A DNA stretch of 64,000 nt from a virus. Taxonomy: Duplodnaviria; Caudoviricetes. Position 1 is the first letter of the stretch. Each line of letters begins with the position of its first letter. Made by a program: the position numbers and the translations under genes. Where the stretch lies: the IMG/VR virus record IMGVR_UViG_3300037067_013378, positions 71,614 through 135,613 of that record; one strand, written 5' to 3'. The notes under the pieces were generated by a model that searched no databases, was not told the origin of the DNA, and saw only the letters and a list, made by a program, of their open reading frames with translations. Below, in pieces: positions 9,689 to 20,557 of this stretch.

Positions 9689-9889
9689 ATGAAATATTTA
9701 AAAACATTTGAAAATTTTAGTTCATCAACTGAAAAGGAAATTGAAGTTAAACCAAGAACTAAACCTTCACCAACACCAACAATTAATCCAATTAAACCAC
9801 CAAAACCTGTGGTTATACCTTCACCTAAAAATGAAGAAGAAGAGATTAAAAAAATAATAAATAGGTATAACAGATTGAAAAATTTGTAA
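9689..9889 (+). CDS. Proline-rich small protein with MKYLKTFE N-terminus
   Basis: ORF track. Confidence 0.6.
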   Translation: MKYLKTFENFSSSTEKEIEVKPRTKPSPTPTINPIKPPKPVVIPSPKNEEEEIKKIINRYNRLKNL

Positions 9890-9933
9890 TTAGACCCATA
9901 TATTATTAATATATATAAGAAAAAATATAAATT

Positions 9934-10314
9934 ATGAATAAGTATTTAACTTTAATATGTGGAATTAATGGTGTTGATCCAAATAGTGTTATTAAATTTT
10001 TAGGTGAAGATGATGAACATTATTTAAGAGCCGTTGTTGGTGATATGGAATATCGTTTAATGTTAACAAGTTATCAATATCCAATAAAAAGACCAAAAAT
10101 AGTCGGAAAATATATTGATAAAGATATTAATACAGAAGAAGTTATTGAAGATGATAACGAAAGTGATGATATTAAAGAAAATGATGAAAAAAACAATGCT
10201 AATGAAGTTATTGATAATATCAACCAGATAAGTAAAGATATTAGTAAAGATAACACATTATTTAAGCAAGAATCAACAGAAAAAAGAGGTAGAGGTAGAC
10301 CTAAAACTAAATAA
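9934..10314 (+). CDS. Hypothetical protein with C-terminal AT-hook
   Basis: KRGRGRPK. Confidence 0.6.
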   Translation: MNKYLTLICGINGVDPNSVIKFLGEDDEHYLRAVVGDMEYRLMLTSYQYPIKRPKIVGKYIDKDINTEEVIEDDNESDDIKENDEKNNANEVIDNINQISKDISKDNTLFKQESTEKRGRGRPKTK

Positions 10315-10315
10315 T

Positions 10316-10339
10316 AAGCACTTAAAAAGTGCTTTTTTT
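10316..10339 (+). terminator. Intrinsic terminator
   Basis: AAGCACTT/AAGTGCTT hairpin plus T-run. Confidence 0.7.
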
Positions 10340-10398
10340 ATTTTAAAATATTTTTTTATATAAAATATTACTTTTATCTTTGTTCTAAATAAATATAT

Positions 10399-10782
10399 AT
10401 GAATATGGACAAGTATACTTTTAAAACAGAAAACTTCAAGTTGTTAATGGGTAAAAGATATAGAAATACCGATAATCTATTAAATGAAGTTGATAGAAAA
10501 ATGAGTTTTTCTGGTGATACAGCAAGTGAACTTGTTATGTCTTATTTACATGAAAGAATTGATATGTTGATATCTTGGGAATTTGTTCTACTTTTTTTAA
10601 CCATGTTAAGTGTGGTTTTTATCTCTTTTTCTCCAATATTTAAAATAATTGCACCAATTTTTATTGTTATTTCAGCTACATTCAGATTTAAAGTTTTGAA
10701 AAATATTAAATCAATCACATTTATTCATGGTACTATAATGAGTATGGCTGGTATATATAATGAAAAAACCGATGAAGAATAA
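10399..10782 (+). CDS. Membrane protein
   Basis: Two hydrophobic segments. Confidence 0.6.
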   Translation: MNMDKYTFKTENFKLLMGKRYRNTDNLLNEVDRKMSFSGDTASELVMSYLHERIDMLISWEFVLLFLTMLSVVFISFSPIFKIIAPIFIVISATFRFKVLKNIKSITFIHGTIMSMAGIYNEKTDEE

Positions 10783-10819
10783 ATCAACATCGGTTTAGAA
10801 AATTATAAAATTTCATTTA

Positions 10820-11221
10820 TTAAGCACCTTCACCAAAATTATGTCCACCAATTCCACGTGCTGTTTTAACCGAAGTAGATGCTTTATATCCAACTTTTCC
10901 ATTAGCTTCTACAACATAACCAATTGCGCCATTAGCTTCATAATCAGCTTTTGCTTGATTTAAAATTTTCAACATATCTTCTGTACTCATTTTATCAATA
11001 AGAATTTTAACTTTAGCCCAAAATTTTCTACTTAAATCAGTAACTTTTGATGCTTCTTGAAATAATTCAACAAATACATTTTTAACTTCTTCTGCTTTTT
11101 CAACTGATAAGCCAGCAATTTTAGCTATAATTTTTTTTACAGATGTGAAAAGACCTTCATCTATTATTTCAACATTTTCTAAATCTGCTGAAAAACTTTC
11201 AAATGTTTTAATATGATTCAT
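10820..11221 (-). CDS. Hypothetical (putative virion internal) protein
   Basis: MNHIKTFESF N-terminus. Confidence 0.6.
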   Translation of the reverse strand: MNHIKTFESFSADLENVEIIDEGLFTSVKKIIAKIAGLSVEKAEEVKNVFVELFQEASKVTDLSRKFWAKVKILIDKMSTEDMLKILNQAKADYEANGAIGYVVEANGKVGYKASTSVKTARGIGGHNFGEGA

Positions 11222-11279
11222 AATTATTATCTTATTTTTTTATTATATATTAAATCAAAAAAATGGTTTTTTGTTAATT

Positions 11280-11936
11280 TTAAGCAATTATTGTGATTAA
11301 AATATCTTTATCTTGTAAAATAATCTTTATTTTCTCTCTATCTAATATTTCTTGAAAAATATCATCTTTATCTTGAATATTTTGTAATTGCCAATTATTT
11401 CCAGAATTGCTTGTAAAATAGATATATTTTTTATCTTTCTTTTTTAATTCTATTGTTTTATTAGTAAGTTTATCATAAAAATTTTTTATATCATCATTCA
11501 CACTATAAAATTTAACATCACTCCATTTTTTATCAATTTTTCTTTTACTTTGAAAAATAATATATTCGGGTTTATCTAATGATGATTTATTTTCTTCATG
11601 AATAAGGAAAAATTTTATATCTAATGTGTTTTCTAAGAATGTTTCTGCATCATCACTTTCTTCAATTTGTGTTTTTTTAAGTTTTTTATCTTTTAATTTT
11701 TTATTAAAACTTCTATTATTATAAAGTTCTTCTATTGTATAATTAGTTTTAAAATTATCTGGATTTAATTCCAATGTTTTAAATATATCTTCTTCTTTAG
11801 CTTGTATAGAATTTAATAATAAATCACTATCTGTTACTATTGATTCAAGTATATTAACATCAGCAACCAATTCAACCATCTCAGGTGATATTAAATTTTC
11901 ATTTATAAAATCATTATAATTATTCAAATATTTCAT
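11280..11936 (-). CDS. Hypothetical protein
   Basis: MKYLNNYNDFINE N-terminus. Confidence 0.6.
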   Translation of the reverse strand: MKYLNNYNDFINENLISPEMVELVADVNILESIVTDSDLLLNSIQAKEEDIFKTLELNPDNFKTNYTIEELYNNRSFNKKLKDKKLKKTQIEESDDAETFLENTLDIKFFLIHEENKSSLDKPEYIIFQSKRKIDKKWSDVKFYSVNDDIKNFYDKLTNKTIELKKKDKKYIYFTSNSGNNWQLQNIQDKDDIFQEILDREKIKIILQDKDILITIIA

Positions 11937-11952
11937 ATATTTATATATTAAA

Positions 11953-12915
11953 TTATTGTATATTATATTTATTAGTTTTTAAATTTTTCTTTATTTTAAT
12001 AGAATGTATTAAATTATTTTCTTTTAAATCAACATTTGTTGTTTTTAATAATTCTTTATTTATTTTATCAAAATTATAACCTAATTCCCACCATTTTAAC
12101 ATATCTTCTTTATTAAAAATAATAGAATTTTTTGTCAATTTATATGGTGTATAATAAAAATTCATAGTTATTTCTTTTTGTTCACCAGATAAACTTCCAA
12201 CTAATATATCATCTCTTGATATCTCAATATTCATAACATCTATAATTCTCATAAAAACATTAAAAACGTTTTTTGCTTCCCAACCATCTTCATAATTAGG
12301 ATTTTTTTCTTTTAAAATTATTATATCAATTTCTTCTGCTCCAGCATCAATAGCTTTTTGAATAGGTATTGTGTGTATTAAACCACCATCAACATAATCA
12401 TATCCATCTTTTTTAACAACTTCAAAACCAACAGGAACAGAACATGAAGCATACATCCAATCACAAAAATCTTTATAATTACAATCTTTTTGTAATTTAA
12501 ATTCTGCTTTAGCCGTAGTTAAATTTGAAACACAAACATATATTTCTTTGTTTCTTTTTATTGATTCATTAAAATTTTCTTCTGTAAATATTTTTTCTAT
12601 TCTTTTTCTTAATCTTGATCCATCACCAATAGAATCTTTTCCTGTTAAAACTCTCCAAACAGCATTCAAAATTCTAACTTTACCTTTTTGTGTAAATGGT
12701 GAGATTTTAAATATAGATTTGTTATCGACACTTGTATATTGCTGTTTTAATTTATCTATATCACCTATTGAAGTACTAGGTATAATTAAACTTCCTGTTG
12801 AAGAAGCTACATATATATCCCAATCTTTATTTTTTAATTTAATTAAATTTTCAATAATTCCTCCGCTGAATGCTCCCTTAGAGCCTCCACCTGATACTAC
12901 TAAAGCTTTTTTCAT
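11953..12915 (-). CDS. Patatin-like phospholipase
   Basis: SGGGSKGA, ASSTG nucleophile, DGG motif. Confidence 0.9.
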   Translation of the reverse strand: MKKALVVSGGGSKGAFSGGIIENLIKLKNKDWDIYVASSTGSLIIPSTSIGDIDKLKQQYTSVDNKSIFKISPFTQKGKVRILNAVWRVLTGKDSIGDGSRLRKRIEKIFTEENFNESIKRNKEIYVCVSNLTTAKAEFKLQKDCNYKDFCDWMYASCSVPVGFEVVKKDGYDYVDGGLIHTIPIQKAIDAGAEEIDIIILKEKNPNYEDGWEAKNVFNVFMRIIDVMNIEISRDDILVGSLSGEQKEITMNFYYTPYKLTKNSIIFNKEDMLKWWELGYNFDKINKELLKTTNVDLKENNLIHSIKIKKNLKTNKYNIQ

Positions 12916-12944
12916 AAAAAATATTTTTTATTTATATATAAAAT

Positions 12945-12980
12945 AAAAAGGTCAATTATATATTATAATTGACCTTTTTT
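12945..12980. terminator. Intrinsic terminator (symmetric)
   Basis: AAAAAGGTCAATTATA/TATAATTGACCTTTTT. Confidence 0.7.
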
Positions 12981-13001
12981 AAATATTTTTAATAAAAAAA
13001 A

Positions 13002-14123
13002 CTAATCTATTTTATAATATTTTTTCACTAATTCTTTAGCTTTATCTGATGATAAATTCATTATTCTTTTACTACCTCTTTTTTCAATAACTTTAAAATA
13101 ATACATCATTTTAAAAAAGTTTTCTAATTCTTTTGGTGTTGCTTGAATTTCATTCATTATAATTATATCTTTAATATCATTAGCAGATGGTAAATTATCA
13201 CCTACTTGAATACCTTCAAAAACAACATCTATTAAGTTATTATAAACAACCCATTTTTTATAAGCTGGTTTACTTAATATTTCCTGTTCATATTCAGTAA
13301 CTATTCTATAATTATAATATTTATCAAAATAAATACCAATAATAATAACAGTTTCAATACAAAAAGATATTAAAATAAAAATTAACATATTAGATGAATT
13401 TTCTTCTTTCATCGAACTTAATTTAATATTTTGTTCATTTTTTATAATTTCTATTTTTTGATCTCTTTCTTTTTCGTATTTTTCAATTCTAATATTATTA
13501 TCTTTTATTTTATTATTATTTTGTTCTATTAATTTTGTATATCTACTTGCATATGCTGTTTTAGCAGCTTCTAAAAAACCATCATTTTGATTGGTTAATG
13601 ATGTATTTTCGCTTTGTAATGGTTTAATAAAAGTATTAAAATAAAAATTATTTAATGAATCAATTTGTGTTGTTAAATTAGTTTCAGTTTTAGTTATAAT
13701 AACTTGTTCATTATTCATAAATCTTTGAGCTCCATTCATACTTAAATAAAAAGAACCAGCTACTAATATTAAAACAGATAAATTAAAAGTAAACATATTA
13801 CTTTTAAATAGACCAAATTTATTTCTTATCAATTCTGTGCTAAATAAACCAAAAACATGTCTTTTTAATAATTCATACATAGATAAAAATAATATAATTG
13901 CTATTGATATAATTAAAAAATCACTTATATCAGAAAAAGCACTATTAAATAATGATTTAACAAAAAAATATGATAAAAATACAGAAACTATATTACCAAA
14001 CCATGAGAATAACCACAAACCTTTATCTGTTAATTTATGTCTATCACGATAGCTTTGTTTTACTGTATTTTCTTTTAATTTTAAATATTCTTCATGAGAA
14101 ACATACCCTTTTTCACTTGCCAT
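13002..14123 (-). CDS. Multi-pass membrane protein with coiled coil
   Basis: Four hydrophobic helices flanking a coiled-coil segment. Confidence 0.65.
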   Translation of the reverse strand: MASEKGYVSHEEYLKLKENTVKQSYRDRHKLTDKGLWLFSWFGNIVSVFLSYFFVKSLFNSAFSDISDFLIISIAIILFLSMYELLKRHVFGLFSTELIRNKFGLFKSNMFTFNLSVLILVAGSFYLSMNGAQRFMNNEQVIITKTETNLTTQIDSLNNFYFNTFIKPLQSENTSLTNQNDGFLEAAKTAYASRYTKLIEQNNNKIKDNNIRIEKYEKERDQKIEIIKNEQNIKLSSMKEENSSNMLIFILISFCIETVIIIGIYFDKYYNYRIVTEYEQEILSKPAYKKWVVYNNLIDVVFEGIQVGDNLPSANDIKDIIIMNEIQATPKELENFFKMMYYFKVIEKRGSKRIMNLSSDKAKELVKKYYKID

Positions 14124-14141
14124 TTTTATTCATTTTAATTT

Positions 14142-15071
14142 TTATAATAATAAACTTTCTATTTTATTTTTCCTTACTAAATTTTTTATTTTATTATCAT
14201 CTTTTCCTGTTATATGAGAAATACCTTGATATAAAATTTCTTTATTGTTTATATATAAATAACTTTTTTTGTCTATAAATAAACTTTTAATATTTTGTTC
14301 TAAACTAAAAGTAAAATTTTGACCATATGTGTTGATAATATGTGTTGATAATGAATTTGGATTTAAATGTTCCCTATCAGAATCAACATAAAAAAATATA
14401 TTAGTGTTACCATATATATAATAATCATTAATATAATTTTTTAAATTTATAAACATATATATTGCGTAAGAATGAATCAAATTATAATATTTTTTATTAT
14501 TTATATAAATAAAATCTTTTTGATTTAAAATAAACTTACCATTACTATACATATCATAAAAATATATAAGAAAATTATTCAAAATGCTTTCTTTAACATT
14601 ATATGATAATTTTTTAATTATGAAATCGTATTTTTGAAGAATATTATATATAACAACACCCAATTTTTCATTTTCAAATATAATTTTATCATTAAACCAT
14701 AACATAAGAAGAATTTTAATATAAAATCTTTTAAATTCTATTCTTCCTGAATTAACAATAGATTTTTCATAAACCTTGTTTAAATAAATAAAATTTTTAT
14801 TAAAATCATTATTTAATAAATAATTATCAAAATTATAATTTAATAAATTATTATATGAATTTAAAAAACATTTATCAATATTGTTGTTTTTTATATCTTT
14901 TATAGTTTCTGGTTTAATTTTTACAATTTTTAATAAGTCTGTATAAATATTATTCCAAGTAATATATGTAAATTTTTGATTATTCAAATCATAATTTGAA
15001 AAATAATGAATTAATAAATCAAGTATATGAACATCATGTTTTGTTGATGATATATTATTTTCACTATTCAT
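14142..15071 (-). CDS. Hypothetical protein; weak resemblance to family B polymerase motifs
   Basis: FFYVDSD and KKSY..QGI near C-terminus; ends RKNKIESLLL. Confidence 0.45.
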   Translation of the reverse strand: MNSENNISSTKHDVHILDLLIHYFSNYDLNNQKFTYITWNNIYTDLLKIVKIKPETIKDIKNNNIDKCFLNSYNNLLNYNFDNYLLNNDFNKNFIYLNKVYEKSIVNSGRIEFKRFYIKILLMLWFNDKIIFENEKLGVVIYNILQKYDFIIKKLSYNVKESILNNFLIYFYDMYSNGKFILNQKDFIYINNKKYYNLIHSYAIYMFINLKNYINDYYIYGNTNIFFYVDSDREHLNPNSLSTHIINTYGQNFTFSLEQNIKSLFIDKKSYLYINNKEILYQGISHITGKDDNKIKNLVRKNKIESLLL

Positions 15072-15113
15072 TTTATAATTCTCATATTTTTAATTAATAT
15101 AACATAATATATA

Positions 15114-16280
15114 TTAATCTGATTCACTTGAATTAAATCCAATTTTTTTAACAGAATTTAATGCTTTATCAACTAAATCGACTGATGGTTTATCATAAAT
15201 GTCTGATATAACTGTTGGATTTGTGAATTTTTTATTTATTTTTAAATGTTCAGCTAATCTATTGGCTTCATTAACTGATAAAGCTTTAAATTTATGATTA
15301 ACTTTTAATCTACCTGCTCTTAATAATGCAGGGTCTATTTTTTTATTTTCTACATTAAATGTAGCTATAATTTGAACACTTATTGCATCATTTAATAATC
15401 CATCACTTATATTTAAAATATTAGCTATTGCTTGGGTTCTTTCAAAAGCATCTCCTGTTAAAACATTTTCAGCATCTTCAAGAATTAATATAGAATTTTT
15501 ATATTTTGAAATAAATGATATTAATTCTGGATTTGCTAATTCATACATTAAATATGATGGTACATAAATAAAAGTTTTATCATCACTTAATTCTGATATT
15601 AATTTTCTAATGTATGTAGTTTTACCAGCACCAGAATCACCATAAAATAAATATAAACCATTATCACTATTTTTTAATGAATCTACAATTTGTTTATGTT
15701 TATCAACAAATTTATCACCATAATTTAATGCTATGTCAACATTCATTTTTCTAATATACGTACCTCTCAATTCAAATCCACTCATTTCTGATGCTGAAAT
15801 AATAAAAAATTGATTTTTTACCGATGGCATATGAATTATATCTTTTAAATTTGGTATAAATTCATCTGTTACATATTTCATTTTAGTATGATCATAAAAT
15901 ATTTTAATCATACTAATTTTATTTAATTTTTCATTTTCGTCTACTAAATCTAAATAATCATCATCATCAAGATTTTTTTCTTCATCATAAAATGATAAAA
16001 ATATATTTTCTTCTTCAATATAAATAAGATATTGGTGCATTTTTTGTTCTCTATTTTTTATATCTACATTTAAATCTGTTGAAACTATAATATTTTCATC
16101 TTTTATATTAAATTTTGTTTTTAAAAATTTCCAAAATTTTTCTGAATAAATGTTGTGTACAACAGTATACAAATTTGGAATTCTATTATAATGTAATGTT
16201 ATTAAGGACATTTCTACATTAAATTCTTCTGTGTTTTTTAACTGAATTAAATCTTTAAAATTAAAATTTAGCATACTCAT
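15114..16280 (-). CDS. AAA+ ATPase
   Basis: Walker A GDSGAGKT, Walker B ILEDAE, SRH DPALLRAGR. Confidence 0.9.
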   Translation of the reverse strand: MSMLNFNFKDLIQLKNTEEFNVEMSLITLHYNRIPNLYTVVHNIYSEKFWKFLKTKFNIKDENIIVSTDLNVDIKNREQKMHQYLIYIEEENIFLSFYDEEKNLDDDDYLDLVDENEKLNKISMIKIFYDHTKMKYVTDEFIPNLKDIIHMPSVKNQFFIISASEMSGFELRGTYIRKMNVDIALNYGDKFVDKHKQIVDSLKNSDNGLYLFYGDSGAGKTTYIRKLISELSDDKTFIYVPSYLMYELANPELISFISKYKNSILILEDAENVLTGDAFERTQAIANILNISDGLLNDAISVQIIATFNVENKKIDPALLRAGRLKVNHKFKALSVNEANRLAEHLKINKKFTNPTVISDIYDKPSVDLVDKALNSVKKIGFNSSESD

Positions 16281-16380
16281 AATATTATTTATTTTTTAGT
16301 GATTTAATATTATAGTAATTTATTATAAATAAGTTTAGAATTTTTAATATATAATTATATTAAAAAACAATTAAATAAAA

Positions 16381-16686
16381 ATGAAACATTTATCTAAATT
16401 TAAAGATTTTTTATCAGAAAAAAATAATTCTGATGATATGTGGTCAAAAGATGTTGAAATTAAAAAAGGAAAATTATACAATATTCTTAATATACCAAAA
16501 GATAAAAAAATAATTGATGTTTATACATCTGGAAAAGAATTAGCTAAAGATTTATTAAAAGCTGTTAATGGAGATAAGAAAAAAGCTGTTGGTATGTTAG
16601 CTTTTCCAGCAAATTTAAATAAAGATTATGATATTTTTGATATTGCATTAAAACATTTAGATATATTAGATAAAGAAGAAAAATAA
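16381..16686 (+). CDS. Hypothetical protein
   Basis: MKHLSKFKDFLSE N-terminus, late-motif upstream. Confidence 0.6.
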   Translation: MKHLSKFKDFLSEKNNSDDMWSKDVEIKKGKLYNILNIPKDKKIIDVYTSGKELAKDLLKAVNGDKKKAVGMLAFPANLNKDYDIFDIALKHLDILDKEEK

Positions 16687-17390
16687 TAATTTATGAGAAA
16701 AATTTATTTCTATGTAATTTTTTTAATATTATTTATATCTTGTTACACAAACAAAAATATTACAATTTCACCAATAGTTCAAGAAGAATTGCAAATTATA
16801 AATAATATTGAAATTGTTGAATATGATAGTATATCATTAATTAAAGAAGATAGTATTATATTAACAGAAACATATATAGAAGAAATAAAACATACGCCTT
16901 ATATAAAAAACAATATAGAAAAAGGAACATTAATATATCAAATTGATTCATTTTTTATTATAAATACAACAACAAGAGTTGAAGCTAAAATAATTAAAGA
17001 AAAATATGATACCATACCTAAGTATATAATAGAAACTTTCTCTAAAAATAAATCTGGAAAAATTAAAAAATATATTATACCTGTTGGTAATATTATGAAT
17101 ATGGAATTAATATCTTTAGATGAAAAAGCTTTTAATATAAATAAAATTAGCTCAGATAATCAAGAAGTGAGTGATAATGTTATAGCAGAATGGATTTGGG
17201 GTGTTACCCCCTTAAAATAGGAAATTATACATTAATTCTTAAAGCTATAATAAAAGAAAACAATACAAGTAAAGATATTATCGTTTTTGATAAACAAATA
17301 AATGTTTTAAATAAACCAAAAAAACATTTATTATTTAATATTAAACATGATGATATAATAAAAAATAAAAATAACATTTTATATTTAGAA

Positions 17391-18719
17391 ATGAACTACC
17401 ACTAAACTAATGATTTAGTAGTTTCAGGTTTCATAGACTCGTCTACTGACAACGCCTCCACCTGTTTTTGTTTAATGTCCGACTCAATTCCTGAACCAGA
17501 CAATATTTTTAGACCTTGTTTTAAAATATTTTTACTTGCGTTAAAATCTCTATCATGATTTTCTCCACAAGAAGGACAAATCCATTCTCTAATGTTTAAA
17601 TTTAAATCTTGGTAAATCCATCCACAATTAGAACACATTTTTGATGAAGGAAAATATCTATCTATTTTAATAAAATGTTTATCGTTCCATTCACATTTAT
17701 ATTCCAGTTGTCTATAAAATTCACCCAAACTAACATCAGAAAATGATTGAGCTAAACTATGATTTTTCATCATATTTTTTACTGATAAATCTTCAACACA
17801 AATGATATCGTGGTTTTTGACTATTTCTGTGCTAATTTTATGTAGATAATCTTTTCTAATATTAGTTATTTTTTCATATATTATTGCAAGTTTTTTTCTT
17901 TGTTTATTTCTACTTGAACTATTTTTTACTTTTTTTGATAATTGTCTTTGTTTATGTTTTAATTTCTTTATATTATTTTTTAATGTTTTTATATTTTCAT
18001 AAATTTTTCCATCTGAAAGTATAGCTAAATCTTTTATACCAGTATCTATTCCTATTTTTGAACCAGTTTTTTCAAACTGTTCATGTTGAACTTCACAAGT
18101 TATTGATACATAATATTTTCCTGTTGTTGATTTAGATATCGTAGCAAATAATATTTTATCATTAATTTCTTTATATAAACATATTTTTATTCCTTCATTA
18201 AATTTTGGAATATACAATATATTATTTTTTATGGTTACAGATTGTGGTGTTTTAAATGACTGTCTATCATATTTTGATTTAAATTGTGGAAATTTAGTTT
18301 GTTTTCTAAAGAATTTCATATATGAAACATCTAAATTTCTTAGAGCAGACTGAAGTGATTGACTATTAATTTCTTTTAACCAAATAAAATTTTCATCCTT
18401 TTTTAACTGAGTTAAATCATTTGCATTATCATAATAATTAAGAGTTTTCTTATCTTCAATATAAGATTCTTTTCTTTTGTTTAAATAATGATTAAAAACA
18501 AATCTACAAGCACCGAAATGTTTAGACAACAATATTTCTTGTTCTTTTGTTGGATAAATTCTAAACTTAAATGATTTAAATATAGTTTTCATTATAACTA
18601 TATATTAAATTTTTTAAGTCTATTTTTACATTTTTTATACTTTTTTGTAGATTTTTTTTTAATTATTTTTAAATTATATTTGAAATTCATCCACGAAACT
18701 AAAGATTTCGTGGTTTTCT
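17391..18719 (-). mobile_element. IS200/IS605-family (IS1341-type, TnpB-only) insertion sequence
   Basis: Related subterminal hairpins CCACGAAA-N7-TTTCGTGG (18691-18713) and CCACTAAA-N7-TTTAGTAG (~17399-17421); right end TCAT, flanking TTGAA; no TSD. Confidence 0.8.
17402..18592 (-). CDS. tnpB: RNA-guided endonuclease TnpB
   Basis: HTH FKFRIYPT, RuvC GIDTG / VEDL / DRDFNA, zinc ribbon CSNCG..CPSCG. Confidence 0.95.
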   Translation of the reverse strand: MKTIFKSFKFRIYPTKEQEILLSKHFGACRFVFNHYLNKRKESYIEDKKTLNYYDNANDLTQLKKDENFIWLKEINSQSLQSALRNLDVSYMKFFRKQTKFPQFKSKYDRQSFKTPQSVTIKNNILYIPKFNEGIKICLYKEINDKILFATISKSTTGKYYVSITCEVQHEQFEKTGSKIGIDTGIKDLAILSDGKIYENIKTLKNNIKKLKHKQRQLSKKVKNSSSRNKQRKKLAIIYEKITNIRKDYLHKISTEIVKNHDIICVEDLSVKNMMKNHSLAQSFSDVSLGEFYRQLEYKCEWNDKHFIKIDRYFPSSKMCSNCGWIYQDLNLNIREWICPSCGENHDRDFNASKNILKQGLKILSGSGIESDIKQKQVEALSVDESMKPETTKSLV

Positions 18720-19066
18720 TTCAATGAAAATATAAAATATGATTCTGTTTGTTCAAATTTAGAATGGGGTGGTGATGGTGAGATTATATTAGAAATAGAA
18801 AACGAAGAAGATTTTGAAATAGTTAAAAGCGGAACATATGACATCGTTGATAATAAAAATCATTTTAATTATAAATGGAGCATTAAACCAATTGGTAAAT
18901 CTAAAAATTTGAAATATAAAATTTATATTAATGGTGATTATGAAAAGATATTAATAACTGAAAATAAAATTAAAATTAAAAATAATTTAAAATATTCTTT
19001 TAATAATTTTATAGATATCACAATAAAAAGGTGGTATTATATTATTTTCACACTTCTAATACCAGC

Positions 19067-19296
19067 TTACTTTTGGTTAAAAAAGAAATTAAAAAAAAAT
19101 AAATTAATATTTTTATATTTCTTAATTATTTCATATGCAGAATTTAATTTTTGAAAATTTCTATTGGCTACTTCTTGATTTTCTTTAGTATCAAGAACCC
19201 ACTTGTCTGGATGCCACTTTATAGCTAATTCTTTATAACGCTTTTTTATTTCTATTTCTGTTGATTGCTGTGGATTTAAATTGTTTTATATTTCAT
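19067..19296 (-). pseudogene. J-domain (DnaJ-like) gene, frameshifted near its start
   Basis: EIKKRYKELAIKWHPDKW..FQKLNSAYEII; ATG at 19296 is out of frame by one base. Confidence 0.65.
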
Positions 19297-19985
19297 AAAA
19301 TATCTTTAATTTTTATATCTCTTATTAATTCATTAAAAATTTGTCTAAATTCTTTATTGTGTAAACCTTTTATAATATAATCATAATATTCAATACTCAA
19401 ACCATATGCATTAATACCTTGATTTTTTATTATTTCGTTTAATTTTTCGTATTTTTTTCCTTTTTCATTTAACATTTCACCTGAAAACACATCAAATTTT
19501 ATCTTTTTTTCTTTTAAGTTATTAATATTATACATTTTAGAATATGAACCAATTAAACTTATTTCATATGTTTTTTTAATAATATAATTAAAACTTTTTT
19601 GTGGTATTATATCTGTTTTTATTAATTTGGGTTCATAAACTTGAATAGGTATAAACATTTGTGTATATTTCCTAAATATATCTGTTTTTCCAATAAAAAT
19701 TATTTTTTTATCTTTAAAGAATTCTATATTTTTTAATGTACCATTAAAGTGATAAAGATATCCACTAAAATTTTTAACTTCACATTTTGGATAAAAAACT
19801 TTTAAGTTTACATTTCTAATGTTATCAATATTATAAATAAAATTAGCTTTGTTCAAATTTAATATAACATCACCTGATACATTATCATAAAAATTTATAT
19901 TTATTATTTTTTTACTTTTATAATATGTAACATAATTATGATAATTACATTCACCAATAAATGGTGTTATTTTATTTAAATCCAT
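19293..19985 (-). CDS. Hypothetical protein with C-terminal RxxK motif
   Basis: Ends RDIKIKDIL. Confidence 0.6.
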   Translation of the reverse strand: MDLNKITPFIGECNYHNYVTYYKSKKIININFYDNVSGDVILNLNKANFIYNIDNIRNVNLKVFYPKCEVKNFSGYLYHFNGTLKNIEFFKDKKIIFIGKTDIFRKYTQMFIPIQVYEPKLIKTDIIPQKSFNYIIKKTYEISLIGSYSKMYNINNLKEKKIKFDVFSGEMLNEKGKKYEKLNEIIKNQGINAYGLSIEYYDYIIKGLHNKEFRQIFNELIRDIKIKDIL

Positions 19986-19998
19986 TATTTTTTATTAG

Positions 19999-20073
19999 TG
20001 GGCCTGACAGGGCTTGAACCTGTGACTTCCAGATTATGAGTCTGGCACTCTAAACCAACTGAGTTACAGGCCC
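19999..20073 (-). tRNA. tRNA-Ile2/Met(CAT), probably Ile2
   Basis: CCAGA-CT CAT AA-TCTGG; GGGCCTG acceptor typical of Ile2. Confidence 0.9.
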
Positions 20074-20254
20074 AGTTTAAAGATTTTTATATATTGTATA
20101 AATATAATATAATTATTTATTATAACAAAATATTTTCTTAAAATAATATATTTTTATCTAATTTATTTTGTTTTATTAATTCTACATCTTTTTTCTTTAA
20201 AATAATTAAAATATTCTTTTATAATATTTTCGTCAATTGAATATCTGAAAACCA

Positions 20255-20554
20255 TTATAATTTTTTTATAATTTTCATTTTATTAGCTAAATACCAAACA
20301 CCACCTTGATGTTCTGGTCTAACCATTTTTTGAAAATCATCTATTTCTACTTCATACCAACATCTTTCTTTTTCTGTTAAATGTGGAGCAAAAGGTTTTG
20401 ATGTACAGTGCCAAAATGGTCTATATGTATATCCTTTTGTTGGATGTGGTTCAGCATGTAACCAAACACCAATAGGTATTACTAATTTTTTATTAATAAA
20501 AAGTGGCCCAATTGTACCATTTTTTCTAACTCTTAATAATTTATAAGCTTTCAT
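20255..20554 (-). CDS. Hypothetical protein
   Basis: Well-formed ORF, RPFWHC..QGGVWYLA. Confidence 0.65.
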   Translation of the reverse strand: MKAYKLLRVRKNGTIGPLFINKKLVIPIGVWLHAEPHPTKGYTYRPFWHCTSKPFAPHLTEKERCWYEVEIDDFQKMVRPEHQGGVWYLANKMKIIKKL

Positions 20555-20557
20555 ATT

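Larger units (their letters stand above)
16693..19154 (+). pseudogene. Lipoprotein-like gene split by a frameshift (~17215) and an IS insertion (17391-18719)
   Basis: ISC lipobox-like signal; WGVTPLK continues as IGNYTLILKA in the -1 frame; removing 17391-18719 fuses ..LYLE to FNENIKYD.. in frame with ORF 18909-19154. Confidence 0.7.

Noticed and set aside
14142-15071. Functional family B DNA polymerase
   Set aside because: Only a faint YVDSD/KKSY resemblance; too short and lacks the other motifs.
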